From the NCBI RefSeq assembly GCF_017876815.1, contig NZ_JAGIOS010000001.1, positions 450,001 through 482,000 of the forward strand: 32,000 nt of DNA. The letters run 5' to 3'. Source of the stretch: Sinorhizobium meliloti (lineage in GTDB: Bacteria; Pseudomonadota; Alphaproteobacteria; Rhizobiales; Rhizobiaceae). The translations under genes and the position numbers were made by a program. Positions 23,602 to 32,000 of the stretch are shown in pieces (position 1 is the stretch's first letter; every line of letters begins with the position of its first letter). The notes beneath the pieces are model-generated. The model saw only the letters and a program-made list of their open reading frames with translations. It did not search any database and was not told the origin of the DNA.

Positions 23602-24606
23602 TCAGTGCCGGATGCGGGGGTTGATCAGGCCGTAGAGCAGATCCACGGCGAGGTTCACCAGCATGATGACCGCGGCTATGATCAGGAGCCCGCCCTGTAT
23701 GACGGCATAGTCGCGCCGGAAGACCGAATCGACCATCCATTTGCCGATCCCCGGCCAGGAGAAGATCGTCTCCGTCAGGATCGCGCCCGCCAGCATCACA
23801 CCGATCTGCAGGCCGATGGTGGTGACGACAGGGATCATCGCATTGCGCAGCGCATGAATGCCGACCACACGGAAGGTGGAGAGCCCCTTGGCACGCGCGG
23901 TGCGCACATAGTCCTCGGAAAGCACTTCGAGCATTGCCGAGCGGGTCTGGCGCGCGATGACGGCGAGCGGAATGGTGCCGAGAACGATCGTCGGCAGGAT
24001 GAGGTGATTGAAGGCCGACTGGAACGCCCCTTCCTGGCCGGACAATAGCGAGTCGACCAGCATGAAGCCGGTGACAGACGGGAAGAAGAACATCAACGAG
24101 ATGCGCCCGGACACCGGCGTCCACTGCAGAATGCCGGAGACGACGATGATCAACAGCAGGCCCCACCAGAAAATCGGCATCGAGAAGCCGATGAGCGCGG
24201 TGCCCATGATGATCTGGTCGAAGATGGACCCGCGCTTGACTGCCGCGACGACACCGGCGGGGATGCCGACGACCACCGCGAAGATGATGGCGCAGAGCGA
24301 CAGCTCGACGGTCGCCGGGAAGAGCTCCATGAACTGATCGATCACCGGCTTCTTGGTGACGATCGAGGTTCCGAAATCGCCCTGCAGAACGCCCCAGAGA
24401 TAATCCAGGTACTGCATGACGATGGGGCGGTCGAAGCCCAATTGGTGGGAGATCTCGGCGTGCCGCTCCGGCGACATCACCCGTTCGCCGGAAAGCAGCG
24501 CCACGGGATCGCCGGGAAGCAGGCGGATGAAGGAAAAGGCGATGATGGAAACCCCGATGAAAGTCGGGATCAGAACTGCCAAACGCCCCAGAAGGAATCG
24601 GAACAT
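23602..24606 (-). CDS. dppB: Dipeptide ABC transporter permease DppB
   Basis: ATG at 24606 (the track start at 24612 is TTG). The N-terminus is MFRFLLGRLAVLIPTFIGVSIIAFSFIRLLPGDP, and the EAA loop is YVRTARAKGLS. Confidence 0.9.
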   Translation of the reverse strand: MFRFLLGRLAVLIPTFIGVSIIAFSFIRLLPGDPVALLSGERVMSPERHAEISHQLGFDRPIVMQYLDYLWGVLQGDFGTSIVTKKPVIDQFMELFPATVELSLCAIIFAVVVGIPAGVVAAVKRGSIFDQIIMGTALIGFSMPIFWWGLLLIIVVSGILQWTPVSGRISLMFFFPSVTGFMLVDSLLSGQEGAFQSAFNHLILPTIVLGTIPLAVIARQTRSAMLEVLSEDYVRTARAKGLSTFRVVGIHALRNAMIPVVTTIGLQIGVMLAGAILTETIFSWPGIGKWMVDSVFRRDYAVIQGGLLIIAAVIMLVNLAVDLLYGLINPRIRH

Positions 24607-24649
24607 AGTCAAACCTCATGCCAACCGTGGCCGCATAAGCGGCGCACTG

Positions 24650-24691
24650 GCAAAAAGGAAGAGGGGCGCTCGCCAGCGGCAAACGCCCCCT
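24650..24691 (-). terminator. Intercistronic hairpin downstream of dppA (possible partial terminator or mRNA stabiliser)
   Basis: The minus strand reads ggggcg-N-cgcccc followed by cttcctttttgcc. This arrangement is typical after binding-protein genes of ABC operons. Confidence 0.45.
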
Positions 24692-24709
24692 TCGGATCAT
24701 TCGATAAGA

Positions 24710-26305
24710 TTACTCTACAATATCAACGCCGTCGAAAGCAAAGTCGCCGAGCGGGCTCTGCACGAAGCCTTCGACATTCTTGCGCATCGGGACGATGGAG
24801 AGCGAGTGGTCGAGCGTCGCCCAGGGGGCTTCGCGCTTGAAGACGACCTGCGCCTCCTCGTAGAGCTTGGTGCGCTCTGCCACGTCGGATGCTTCCTTCG
24901 CCTTCGTGACGAGTTCGTCGAACTCCTTGTCGCACCACTGCGCGCGGTTGTTGCCGCCGACAGCGTCGCAACCGAGCAGCGTGTCGAGGAAGTTGTCCGG
25001 GTCGCCATTGTCGCCCGTCCAGCCGAGGATGACCGCACCGTCGCGGTCCTTCGCCTTGGACTTCTCGAGATATTCCGCCCATTCGTAGGAGACGATTTCG
25101 ACCTTGACGCCGACCTTGGCGAAATCGGCCTGCATCAGCTCGGCGGCACGGCGGGCGTTCAGCATGTAGGGACGCGCGACCGGCATCGCCCAGACCTTCA
25201 TCGAAAGGTCCTTGACGCCGGCATCCTCGAGCATCTTCTTCGCCGCTTCCGGATCGTAGGTGTCGTCTTCGATGTGTTCGTTATAGGACCACATCGTCGG
25301 CGGGATCGGGTTGGTCGCCGGCGTGGCCTGGCCCTGGAAGACGGCGTCGACGATCGCCTGCTTGTTGATCGCCTTGTTCAGCGCCTTGCGCACTTCGACC
25401 TTGTCGAAGGGCGGCTGCGTCGTGTTGTAGGCGAGATAGGCGACGTTGAGGCCGGCCTGCTCCATCACCTTGAGGTTCGGATCGGCCTTCATGGCTTCCA
25501 CATCGGCCGCGTTCGGATAGGGCATCAGGTGGCATTCGCCGGCCTGCAGCTTCTGGAAGCGAACGGCCGCATCCGTGGTGATCGCGAAGACCAGATCGTC
25601 GATCTTCTGTTTTCCGCCCCAGAAGTCCGGATGAGCCTTGTAGCGGATGACCGCGTCCTGCTGGTAGCCGACGAAGGCGAAAGGACCGGTGCCGAGCGGC
25701 ATCTGGTTGAGCTGGTTCATCTTGCCTTCGGCCTGCAGCTTGTCGGCATATTCCTTCGACATGATCGATGCGAAGGGCATGGCAAGATTGGCGAGGAACG
25801 GCGCTTCCTTGCGCTTCAGCTTGATCTTGACCGTCATGTCGTCGACTTTCTCGACCGACTCGAGCAGTTCCGGCAGGCCCATGCCCGCGAAATATTCCCA
25901 GGAACCGCCGGTTACGTAGCCGTGCCACGGATGGTCGGACTTCCACTGGCGCTCGATCGAGAAGATCACATCATCGGCGTTCAGTTCGCGGGTGGGCGTG
26001 AAGAACTCGGTCGTCTGGAACTTGACGCCGGGACGCAGCTTGAAAGTATATTCGAGACCATCGTCGGAAATCGTCCAGCTTTCGGCGAGCCCGGGCTCGG
26101 TCTCCGTCGTGCCCTTCTTGAACTCGAGAAGACGGCTGTAAACGGTATGCGCGGCAGCGTCGAACGTGGTGCCGGCCGTATAGAGGCCCGGGTCAAAGCC
26201 TTCCGGCGACCCTTCCGAGCAGAAGACGAAAGTTTTCGACCAGGCAGTGCCGGCCATCAGCGTGGCAATCGCCGTCGCTGCCAAGAGAGTAGTGAGCTTT
26301 TTCAT
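24710..26305 (-). CDS. dppA: Dipeptide ABC transporter periplasmic binding protein DppA
   Basis: A signal peptide is followed by KTFVFCSEGSPEGFDPGLYTAGTTFDAAAHTVYSRLLEFKKGTTE..PGLAESW, closely matching the E. coli DppA N-terminus as I recall it. Confidence 0.9.
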   Translation of the reverse strand: MKKLTTLLAATAIATLMAGTAWSKTFVFCSEGSPEGFDPGLYTAGTTFDAAAHTVYSRLLEFKKGTTETEPGLAESWTISDDGLEYTFKLRPGVKFQTTEFFTPTRELNADDVIFSIERQWKSDHPWHGYVTGGSWEYFAGMGLPELLESVEKVDDMTVKIKLKRKEAPFLANLAMPFASIMSKEYADKLQAEGKMNQLNQMPLGTGPFAFVGYQQDAVIRYKAHPDFWGGKQKIDDLVFAITTDAAVRFQKLQAGECHLMPYPNAADVEAMKADPNLKVMEQAGLNVAYLAYNTTQPPFDKVEVRKALNKAINKQAIVDAVFQGQATPATNPIPPTMWSYNEHIEDDTYDPEAAKKMLEDAGVKDLSMKVWAMPVARPYMLNARRAAELMQADFAKVGVKVEIVSYEWAEYLEKSKAKDRDGAVILGWTGDNGDPDNFLDTLLGCDAVGGNNRAQWCDKEFDELVTKAKEASDVAERTKLYEEAQVVFKREAPWATLDHSLSIVPMRKNVEGFVQSPLGDFAFDGVDIVE

Positions 26306-26782
26306 GAGCTTGCTTCCCAGATTTGTTTTTGTTCTCGCAATTTATCTGACGCGGCATGACGTTTACACCCGGTCAAGGCCGGATGGAACGACATTTGGCG
26401 TCGCAATGCAATAAGTCGCTTTGGAATTTTGTCTATGCGAAAAATTCTTCCGCAAATAGAACGTGCGGAACTATCCCCGACTTTCGCCGACAACCGCGGT
26501 TCCGGGGCAAGCAGCCCGAGTCGCGAACCCTTAAGGGGAGTGCAGATAAACTCTAAGCTGTGCTGTCGAAGGGAAGCATTCGACCTCGAAAGTGCTCACC
26601 ACCGTTCGAGGTTCTGAGTTCGCCCGCCGGAAGCACGAGCCGCCGAGGCAACTAGAAGCAGCAGGTCGCGGGTGAGCTCCGCCACCAGCATGCGTGCCGC
26701 GGCATGCGTGGGCTTTCCGCCCGCTCTCACGCTGCTTCAAGGCGGAGCTTTACGGCCCGCAAGCTCGCAGACGCGAGTGAAT

Positions 26783-27247
26783 TCAGGCGGCCGAGGTCTG
26801 CGGGCGCACCGGCTCTTCCAGGCCCAGGAGGAAGTTGATCTGCGGCCGGGCCTTGACCAGGTCGTCGATCGTGTATCCCTGAAGTACTTCGAAAAAGGCG
26901 TTCAGCGCCTTGCGCAGCGCGGCATTGAGGCCACAGCTGTCCACCAGCGGGCAGTCGATCTCGCCCGCCTCGAAGCATTCCGCCATGGCGAAACTGTCTT
27001 CCGTCACCTTCACGACGTCGAAAAGAGTGATCTCCGACGCCGGTCTCGGCAGGCGGACTCCGCCGTTGCGGCCGCGTACCGTCTCGACCAGGCCGGCTCT
27101 CGTGAGCGGCTGCAGTATCTTGAAAAGGAACAGTTCGGAAACGCCGTAAGCCCTGGCAATCTCGGGAATGCGGCTGAGCTTCTCGCCGTTCGCAGCGCAG
27201 TACATCAACATGCGTACCGCGTAGTTGGTTTGCTTCGTCAGACGCAT
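26783..27247 (-). CDS. rirA: Rrf2-family iron-responsive regulator RirA
   Basis: The N-terminus is MRLTKQTNYAVRMLMYCAAN, the HTH is IPEIARAYGVSELFLFKILQPL, and the Cys cluster is CFEAGEIDCPLVDSC. It is divergent from fbpA. Confidence 0.85.
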   Translation of the reverse strand: MRLTKQTNYAVRMLMYCAANGEKLSRIPEIARAYGVSELFLFKILQPLTRAGLVETVRGRNGGVRLPRPASEITLFDVVKVTEDSFAMAECFEAGEIDCPLVDSCGLNAALRKALNAFFEVLQGYTIDDLVKARPQINFLLGLEEPVRPQTSAA

Positions 27248-27300
27248 TTTTTGCTCCGGATCCGATAAATTCGTGCCTCATCATATAGGACGGATCGTAG

Positions 27301-27317
27301 TTTGGAACAATTCCAAA
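27301..27317. promoter_or_regulatory. ICE-like (Irr-box-like) perfect palindrome TTTGGAA-N3-TTCCAAA
   Basis: Seen directly at 27301-27317, 54 nt upstream of the rirA ATG. It resembles the iron control element TTTAGAA-N3-TTCTAAA with a symmetric A-to-G / T-to-C change. Confidence 0.45.
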
Positions 27318-27446
27318 AAGTGGAAAAGTTCACGAAGGTTATCTCTTCACCGTTTCGCTTGTTGACTGGCGCGCCTGCTGGCGGCAGAAATACGAGAAAT
27401 ATGATTGACTAAGTTAAGTTTAAAACACGAAAAAGGAGAGAACACC

Positions 27447-28490
27447 ATGAATATTTCAAAAGCGCTGATCGGCGCGCTGTCCGTGGCGGCGACATTTCTT
27501 GCCTCGACGGCGCCTGTCCGCGCCGATGGGGAGGTCAACATCTACTCCTACCGGCAGCCGGACCTCATTCAGCCGCTATTGGACGCCTTCACCAAGAAGA
27601 CGGGCATCACGACCAACGTGCTCTTCCTCGACAAGGGTCTCGTCGAGCGCATTCAGGCCGAAGGCGCGAACTCTCCCGCCGACGTAATCCTGACCGTGGA
27701 TATCAGCCGCCTGACCGAGGCCAAGGATGCGGGCGTGACGCAACCGGTCGCCAACGAGACCATCAACAAGGACATCCCCGACCATTTCCGCGATCCGGAC
27801 GGCAACTGGTTCGGTCTGACGACGCGCGGCCGCGTCGTCTATGCCTCGAAGGAGCGCGTCGCACAGGACGACATCACCTATGAGGAACTCGCCGACCCGA
27901 AGTGGAAGGGCAAGATCTGCACCCGCGACGGCCAGCACTCCTACAATGTCGGCCTGTTCGCCTCCATGATCGCCCACCACGGCGAAGCCGAAGCGGAAAA
28001 GTGGCTGACCGGCCTCAGGAACAATCTTGCCAAGAAGCCGGACGGCGGCGACCGCGACCAGGCCAAGGCAATCTTCGCCGGGGAGTGCGACCTGGCGCTC
28101 GGCAACAGCTACTATGTCGGCCTGATGATCACCAACGAGAAGGAGCCCGAACAGAAGGAATGGGCCTCGGCGATCAAGGTTCTGTTCCCGAACACGAAGG
28201 ACCGGGGCACCCATGTGAACATCTCCGGCATGGCGCTCGCCAAGAACGCGCCGAACAAGGAGAATGCCCTGAAGCTCATGGAATTCCTGTCCGAAGGCGA
28301 AGCGCAGAAGATCTATGCCGAGCAGGTCTTCGAATATCCGGTGCTGCCGGGCGCCGAACCGTCGGAAGTCGTCAAGTCCTTCGGTGAGATCAAGCCCGAC
28401 ACGCTGCCGCTCGCCGAAATCGCGGCAAACCGCAAGAAGGCCTCGGAACTCGTCGACAAGGTCGGCTACAACGACGGCCCGCAGGATTGA
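27447..28490 (+). CDS. fbpA: Fe(3+) ABC transporter periplasmic binding protein (FbpA/AfuA-like), with no adjacent permease or ATPase
   Basis: AAAAGGAGAG SD before the ATG at 27447. A signal peptide is followed by EVNIYSYRQPDLIQPLLDAFTKKTGI. Length and pattern fit the iron-binding SBP family. Confidence 0.8.
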   Translation: MNISKALIGALSVAATFLASTAPVRADGEVNIYSYRQPDLIQPLLDAFTKKTGITTNVLFLDKGLVERIQAEGANSPADVILTVDISRLTEAKDAGVTQPVANETINKDIPDHFRDPDGNWFGLTTRGRVVYASKERVAQDDITYEELADPKWKGKICTRDGQHSYNVGLFASMIAHHGEAEAEKWLTGLRNNLAKKPDGGDRDQAKAIFAGECDLALGNSYYVGLMITNEKEPEQKEWASAIKVLFPNTKDRGTHVNISGMALAKNAPNKENALKLMEFLSEGEAQKIYAEQVFEYPVLPGAEPSEVVKSFGEIKPDTLPLAEIAANRKKASELVDKVGYNDGPQD

Positions 28491-28516
28491 CGGGAACCCG
28501 CCGGATAGGTGCGACG

Positions 28517-28545
28517 ACGGCGGGCGAATGCCCGCCGTTTTCGTC
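28517..28545 (+). terminator. Rho-independent terminator after fbpA
   Basis: Stem acggcgggc pairs with gcccgccgt across the loop gaat, followed by tttcg. Confidence 0.65.
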
Positions 28546-28565
28546 CGTGCCGGCGGAAGTGCTCC

Positions 28566-29618
28566 CTATTTCCGTTCGTGGCCGATCCAGTCCAGGATCG
28601 CCTTGCGCCGCTCCGGCGTCGAGGGATGCGTCGAAAAGATGCTCGTTCCACCTTTGTCGTCGAGCTTCGTTTCCAGCAGTTCGAAGAAACGGGCGATCGC
28701 TGCCGGATCGAAACCCGCCTTCATCATCAGTTCGACCGAGTGCCTGTCCGCTTCCGCCTCTGCTGAGCGTGAGTAGGAAAGTGCGAGGAGGCCGCCGCCC
28801 TGCACCAGCATGTCCTCGGCTCCCGATCCGATATCGCCGGCGACCAGCATGAGGAGGGCAGTGATGCCGGCGGCACGATAGATCTGTCGAAGGCTGTGCT
28901 TGTGCGCGACATCGCCGATCTCATGGGCCAGCACGCCGAGGATCATCTCGGTATCTTCGCCCGCGAGTTCCACGAGTTCGTCGGTAAGGATCAGTGTTCC
29001 GTCGGGCAAGGCGAAGGCGTTCGGACCGAGCGCGCCGCCTCCGCGGAAGTGGAGCGTATAGCCCGCCTCTCCCCGTGCGGATTGCGACGCGACGCGGCGG
29101 AACCCTTCCACGATCCTGTTGCGCTTCGCCTCGTCGAGCTTCGACTTGTCCAGCAGGGTCCGATCCATCGTCTCCAGGGCGCTCGCCGACATGATTTGCG
29201 GCACGGCCGGCGGCGTGACGGCGATGGCAACCTCCACCAGCAAGGGCAGTGCCGAGCGATAAATCAGCGCGCCAAGCAGGATCGCGGCGGCGACGAAGGC
29301 GATCAGCCGCGGATGGAAGCGCTCCAGCCGGTGGATCGCTCCCTCGCTTGCGCGACCTTTCCCGGTTAGGAACCGGTCGACCGCGTCATTGTCGGCAGTC
29401 TCGAACAGCGATCCGTCCGGAAAGGTGACCCGGCGCGGAATGCGGCCTACCCGGGACGATATCTCGATCGAGTGCAGGTTGCCGCCCGCAAGCTCGCCGC
29501 CGCTTTCTCCGTCGACGACAAGGTGCCCTGCTCTCTCGACGAGGCTTGCGGGAACCGAGCGACTCGATCCCGGAGGATGCCACTCGCCTGAAGCGATCGT
29601 CGTGCCGTCAGAAGCCAA
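28566..29618 (-). CDS. M48-family zinc metallopeptidase-like protein with an N-terminal domain of the type paired with DUF898; motif reads HEIGD
   Basis: The translation contains LAHEIGDVAHKHS...SRSAEAEADRHSVELMMKAGFDP...STHPSTPERR. The track start at 29618 is TTG and overlaps the DUF898 stop by 11 nt. Confidence 0.8.
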   Translation of the reverse strand: MASDGTTIASGEWHPPGSSRSVPASLVERAGHLVVDGESGGELAGGNLHSIEISSRVGRIPRRVTFPDGSLFETADNDAVDRFLTGKGRASEGAIHRLERFHPRLIAFVAAAILLGALIYRSALPLLVEVAIAVTPPAVPQIMSASALETMDRTLLDKSKLDEAKRNRIVEGFRRVASQSARGEAGYTLHFRGGGALGPNAFALPDGTLILTDELVELAGEDTEMILGVLAHEIGDVAHKHSLRQIYRAAGITALLMLVAGDIGSGAEDMLVQGGGLLALSYSRSAEAEADRHSVELMMKAGFDPAAIARFFELLETKLDDKGGTSIFSTHPSTPERRKAILDWIGHERK

Positions 29619-30726
29619 AGTCGAATCCTTCTATATCCATGAATTCGGCACCGACCGCCGAGCCCTCCTGCGCAATCTGCGACAAGAGTTCGCCGACATC
29701 TCCTTCGAATCGCACGCCCGTATGCTCGTTCACGTAGCGCGCCATCCTCACTGCCGCCCAGGGCCGCATCAGGCCGAGCGTAACAAGGGTAACGATCAGG
29801 TTTGAGACGGCGATCCAGGTATAGCGCAGGCGCGACAGGTCGCTCAACAGCCGATGCCTGCCGTCGAAAGAGGTGGCGGACCAGGCGACGTTGCGCACGC
29901 CGGCGCGGTAGATCAGCGCCGCCAGGCCGAAGATCGCGAAGAGAAGGAGGTAACCGAGCACAAGCAGCAAGCCGGTAAACCCCTGCAAAGCCTGGGAAGA
30001 GAGTTCGGCACCCTCTGCCACGGCGTTGACCAACGCCACGCCGAGGAAAACAAAGAAGCCGCCGATCAGCATGCCCAGCACCAGGACCGCGGCCGGGGCC
30101 ACCCAGGTTCTGTAGAGCCGACCAAGAGGGGGATCGGTCGAAAACGGCTTCTGACCATAGCGCAGATTGTTGCCGACATAGCGGTAGGACCAGCGGCTGG
30201 CGAGCGGCGCCAAAATGCCGAGGGTCAAGGCCGCCAGGACCGGACCGATGATAAAAGCAAGGAACGCCCCGCCGGCGCCGCCGACGAAGTCGAAGCGCAC
30301 GTTGCGGTAGCTCGTCACCCTTGCGCTGAAGCGCAGCCCCCGCGCGACGAGCCAGGGTACGAAGAAAAGCATCAGGACGCCGAGACCGATGCCGACGAGC
30401 GGCACGAATGTGAGCATGATGTTGTAGAGGACCAGATAGGCGAACACGATCAGGCGGCCGATGAGGATCTGCCCGCCACTCGCGTGATACTCGAACCCGC
30501 GCCCGAGCAGGATGGTGTTGCCGTAGAAATAACGATTGCGGCGGACCTTCGCCCAGGCCGAATAGATGCCGAGCGTTATGATCGTCAAAAGGATATTGAC
30601 GATCCATATCCCGAAATATTCCCTGCCGCTTCCCGTGAAGGATAGGCGCTGGATATCCCCTTCAGCCGCGCGTCCGAAGCTGCGCTCGCCGGCATTTTGT
30701 GCCGGCAACGACTCTGCCATTGTCAT
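29608..30726 (-). CDS. DUF898 (YjgN-like) multi-pass membrane protein
   Basis: ATG at 30726. The translation contains FTGSGREYFGIWIVNILLTIITLGIYSAWAKVRRNRYFYGNT, and the module is repeated later (YTWIAVSNLIVTLVTLGLMRPWAAVRMARY). Confidence 0.8.
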   Translation of the reverse strand: MTMAESLPAQNAGERSFGRAAEGDIQRLSFTGSGREYFGIWIVNILLTIITLGIYSAWAKVRRNRYFYGNTILLGRGFEYHASGGQILIGRLIVFAYLVLYNIMLTFVPLVGIGLGVLMLFFVPWLVARGLRFSARVTSYRNVRFDFVGGAGGAFLAFIIGPVLAALTLGILAPLASRWSYRYVGNNLRYGQKPFSTDPPLGRLYRTWVAPAAVLVLGMLIGGFFVFLGVALVNAVAEGAELSSQALQGFTGLLLVLGYLLLFAIFGLAALIYRAGVRNVAWSATSFDGRHRLLSDLSRLRYTWIAVSNLIVTLVTLGLMRPWAAVRMARYVNEHTGVRFEGDVGELLSQIAQEGSAVGAEFMDIEGFDFGF

Positions 30727-30924
30727 GGTGCCCCCTACAAACCGATGCCTGCCGCCTCAGCGGCAGGTGCCGCTTGAATATTCGACGGCCATCCCCCAAC
30801 GACCATCTGCTAGAGCACTTAGGTAACGGTTTTCCGTCCCGAAGTGCGTATCTGACGAAGGATGCGAATCTGCGATTCACATCGAGCACAACTGACGATA
30901 GTTTCCCTGCCGGATCTCGCGCAA

Positions 30925-30951
30925 CAAAAAAGAGCCTCCCGAAGGAGGCTC
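30925..30951 (-). terminator. Rho-independent terminator after mmsA
   Basis: On the minus strand, the stem ggagcctcc / gggaggctc with a ttcg loop is followed by TTTTTTG. Confidence 0.75.
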
Positions 30952-30979
30952 CGATTGGAGGAGGAGAGCTTTGTTCGCG

Positions 30980-32000
30980 TTACCGCATCGTCGGTATCGA
31001 GAACTCGGCGCCGTCCTTGATGCCTGACGGCCAGCGCGAGGTGATGGTCTTGGTCCGGGTCCAGAACTTGATCGAATCCGTGCCATGCTGATTGAGGTCG
31101 CCGAAGGACGAGGATTTCCAGCCGCCGAAAGAATGATAGGCGAGCGGAACCGGGATCGGAACATTGACGCCGACCATGCCGATATTGATGCGGGAGGCGA
31201 AGTCGCGCGCCGCATCGCCGTCGCGGGTATAGATGGCGACACCATTGCCGTATTCATGCTTCATCGGCAGCGACAGGGCCTCTTCGTAGTTCCTGGCGCG
31301 GACGACCGACAGGACGGGTCCGAAGATTTCGGTCTTGTAGATGTCCATGTCGGGCGTGACGTCGTCGAAGAGGCAGCCGCCGATGAAGTGGCCGTTCTCA
31401 TAGCCCTGCAGCTTGAAGTCGCGGCCGTCGACCACGAGCTTCGCACCCTGCTCGATACCGCTGTCGATCAGGCTGCGGATGCGCTGCTCCGCCTCCTTGG
31501 TGACGACGGGGCCCATATCGGCCTTTTCGTCGGTATAGGGACCGATGCGCAGGCTTTCGACCATCGGCACGAGCTTGTCGATCAGCCGGTTTGCGGTTTC
31601 CTCGCCGACCGGAACAGCGACCGAGATCGCCATGCAGCGCTCGCCCGCGGAACCGTAGCCGGCGCCAATGAGGGCGTTGGCCGCCTGGTCGAGGTCGGCG
31701 TCCGGCATGATGATCATGTGGTTCTTTGCGCCGCCGAAGCATTGCGCACGCTTGCCGTTCATCGCAGCCGTGCCGTAGACGTAGCGGGCGATCGGGGTCG
31801 AGCCGACGAAGGAGACGGCGGCGATATCGGGATGCGTCAGAATCGCATCGACCGCGCCCTTGTCACCGTTGACGACGTTGAGGATGCCCGCCGGCAGACC
31901 GGCTTCGATCATCAGTTCGGCAAGGCGGATCGGCACGGAGGGATCGCGTTCGGAAGGCTTGAGGATGAACGCATTGCCGCAGGCGATCGCCGGGGCGAAC
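30980..32000 (-). CDS. mmsA: Methylmalonate-semialdehyde dehydrogenase (CoA-acylating), C-terminal two thirds; 5' end lies outside the window
   Basis: The frame is open to base 32000 and reads FAPAIACGNAFILKPSERDPSVPIRLAEL...GAKNHMIIMPDADLDQA...GSAGERCMA. This is the aldehyde dehydrogenase catalytic Cys region with an MmsA/IolA-type sequence. Confidence 0.9.
   Translation of the reverse strand, partial: FAPAIACGNAFILKPSERDPSVPIRLAELMIEAGLPAGILNVVNGDKGAVDAILTHPDIAAVSFVGSTPIARYVYGTAAMNGKRAQCFGGAKNHMIIMPDADLDQAANALIGAGYGSAGERCMAISVAVPVGEETANRLIDKLVPMVESLRIGPYTDEKADMGPVVTKEAEQRIRSLIDSGIEQGAKLVVDGRDFKLQGYENGHFIGGCLFDDVTPDMDIYKTEIFGPVLSVVRARNYEEALSLPMKHEYGNGVAIYTRDGDAARDFASRINIGMVGVNVPIPVPLAYHSFGGWKSSSFGDLNQHGTDSIKFWTRTKTITSRWPSGIKDGAEFSIPTMR

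Noticed and set aside
24416-26359. 647-aa ORF on the plus strand
   Set aside because: It is antisense to dppA and the end of dppB, both strongly supported by homology. Its composition (R/V/G/D/L-rich) is typical of shadow frames in GC-rich DNA.
27248-27446. Expected RirA operator (IRO, TGA-N9-TCA) in the rirA-fbpA intergenic region
   Set aside because: I checked every TGA and TCA in the region, and none has the partner at a 9-nt spacing. I make no IRO call.

Overview
High-GC alphaproteobacterial chromosomal segment whose gene order and protein sequences look Rhizobiaceae (Sinorhizobium/Ensifer-like). The syntenic backbone is mmsA/iolA, DUF898-M48, fbpA, rirA, dppABCDF, ridA. Most of the window is ordinary core genome. 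It holds an MFS fragment, a VOC-rlmE-Ppx/GppA operon, tRNA-Gln(CUG), chrA, a frameshifted MFS gene, DUF1236, DUF899, MgtC, a DadA-like FAD oxidoreductase, an AI-2E transporter, the complete dpp dipeptide ABC operon, RirA, an orphan Fe3+ binding protein, and the 3' part of methylmalonate-semialdehyde dehydrogenase. I saw no CRISPR array, transposase, integrase or phage genes. The most striking signal is regulatory. A divergent nepR-phyR (anti-sigma / anti-anti-sigma) pair has no adjacent ecfG sigma gene. It lies inside a 12.5 kb stretch carrying six perfect GGAAC-N16/17-CGTT (EcfG/RpoE2-type general stress response) promoters. All six are intergenic and correctly oriented toward small membrane, secreted or hydrophilic protein genes, two of which fall below the 60-aa cutoff of the ORF track. 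Secondary observations: a roughly 190-residue polybasic repeat-containing extension on the Ppx/GppA protein; an AT-richer orphan region beside tRNA-Gln; a rhodanese/ChrB-like gene remnant fused onto chrA; an M48 peptidase with HEIGD in place of HEXXH, paired with DUF898; an ICE-like palindrome upstream of rirA; and an uncharacterised TPR-wHTH regulator / beta-propeller / DUF899 module. I do not see convincing evidence for a wholly new multi-gene system such as a defence island. The stress-response promoter cluster and the uncharacterised modules are the best candidates. Many long ORFs in the track are antisense or alternate-frame artefacts of the high GC content. The first M of a track ORF is sometimes a GTG or TTG codon.
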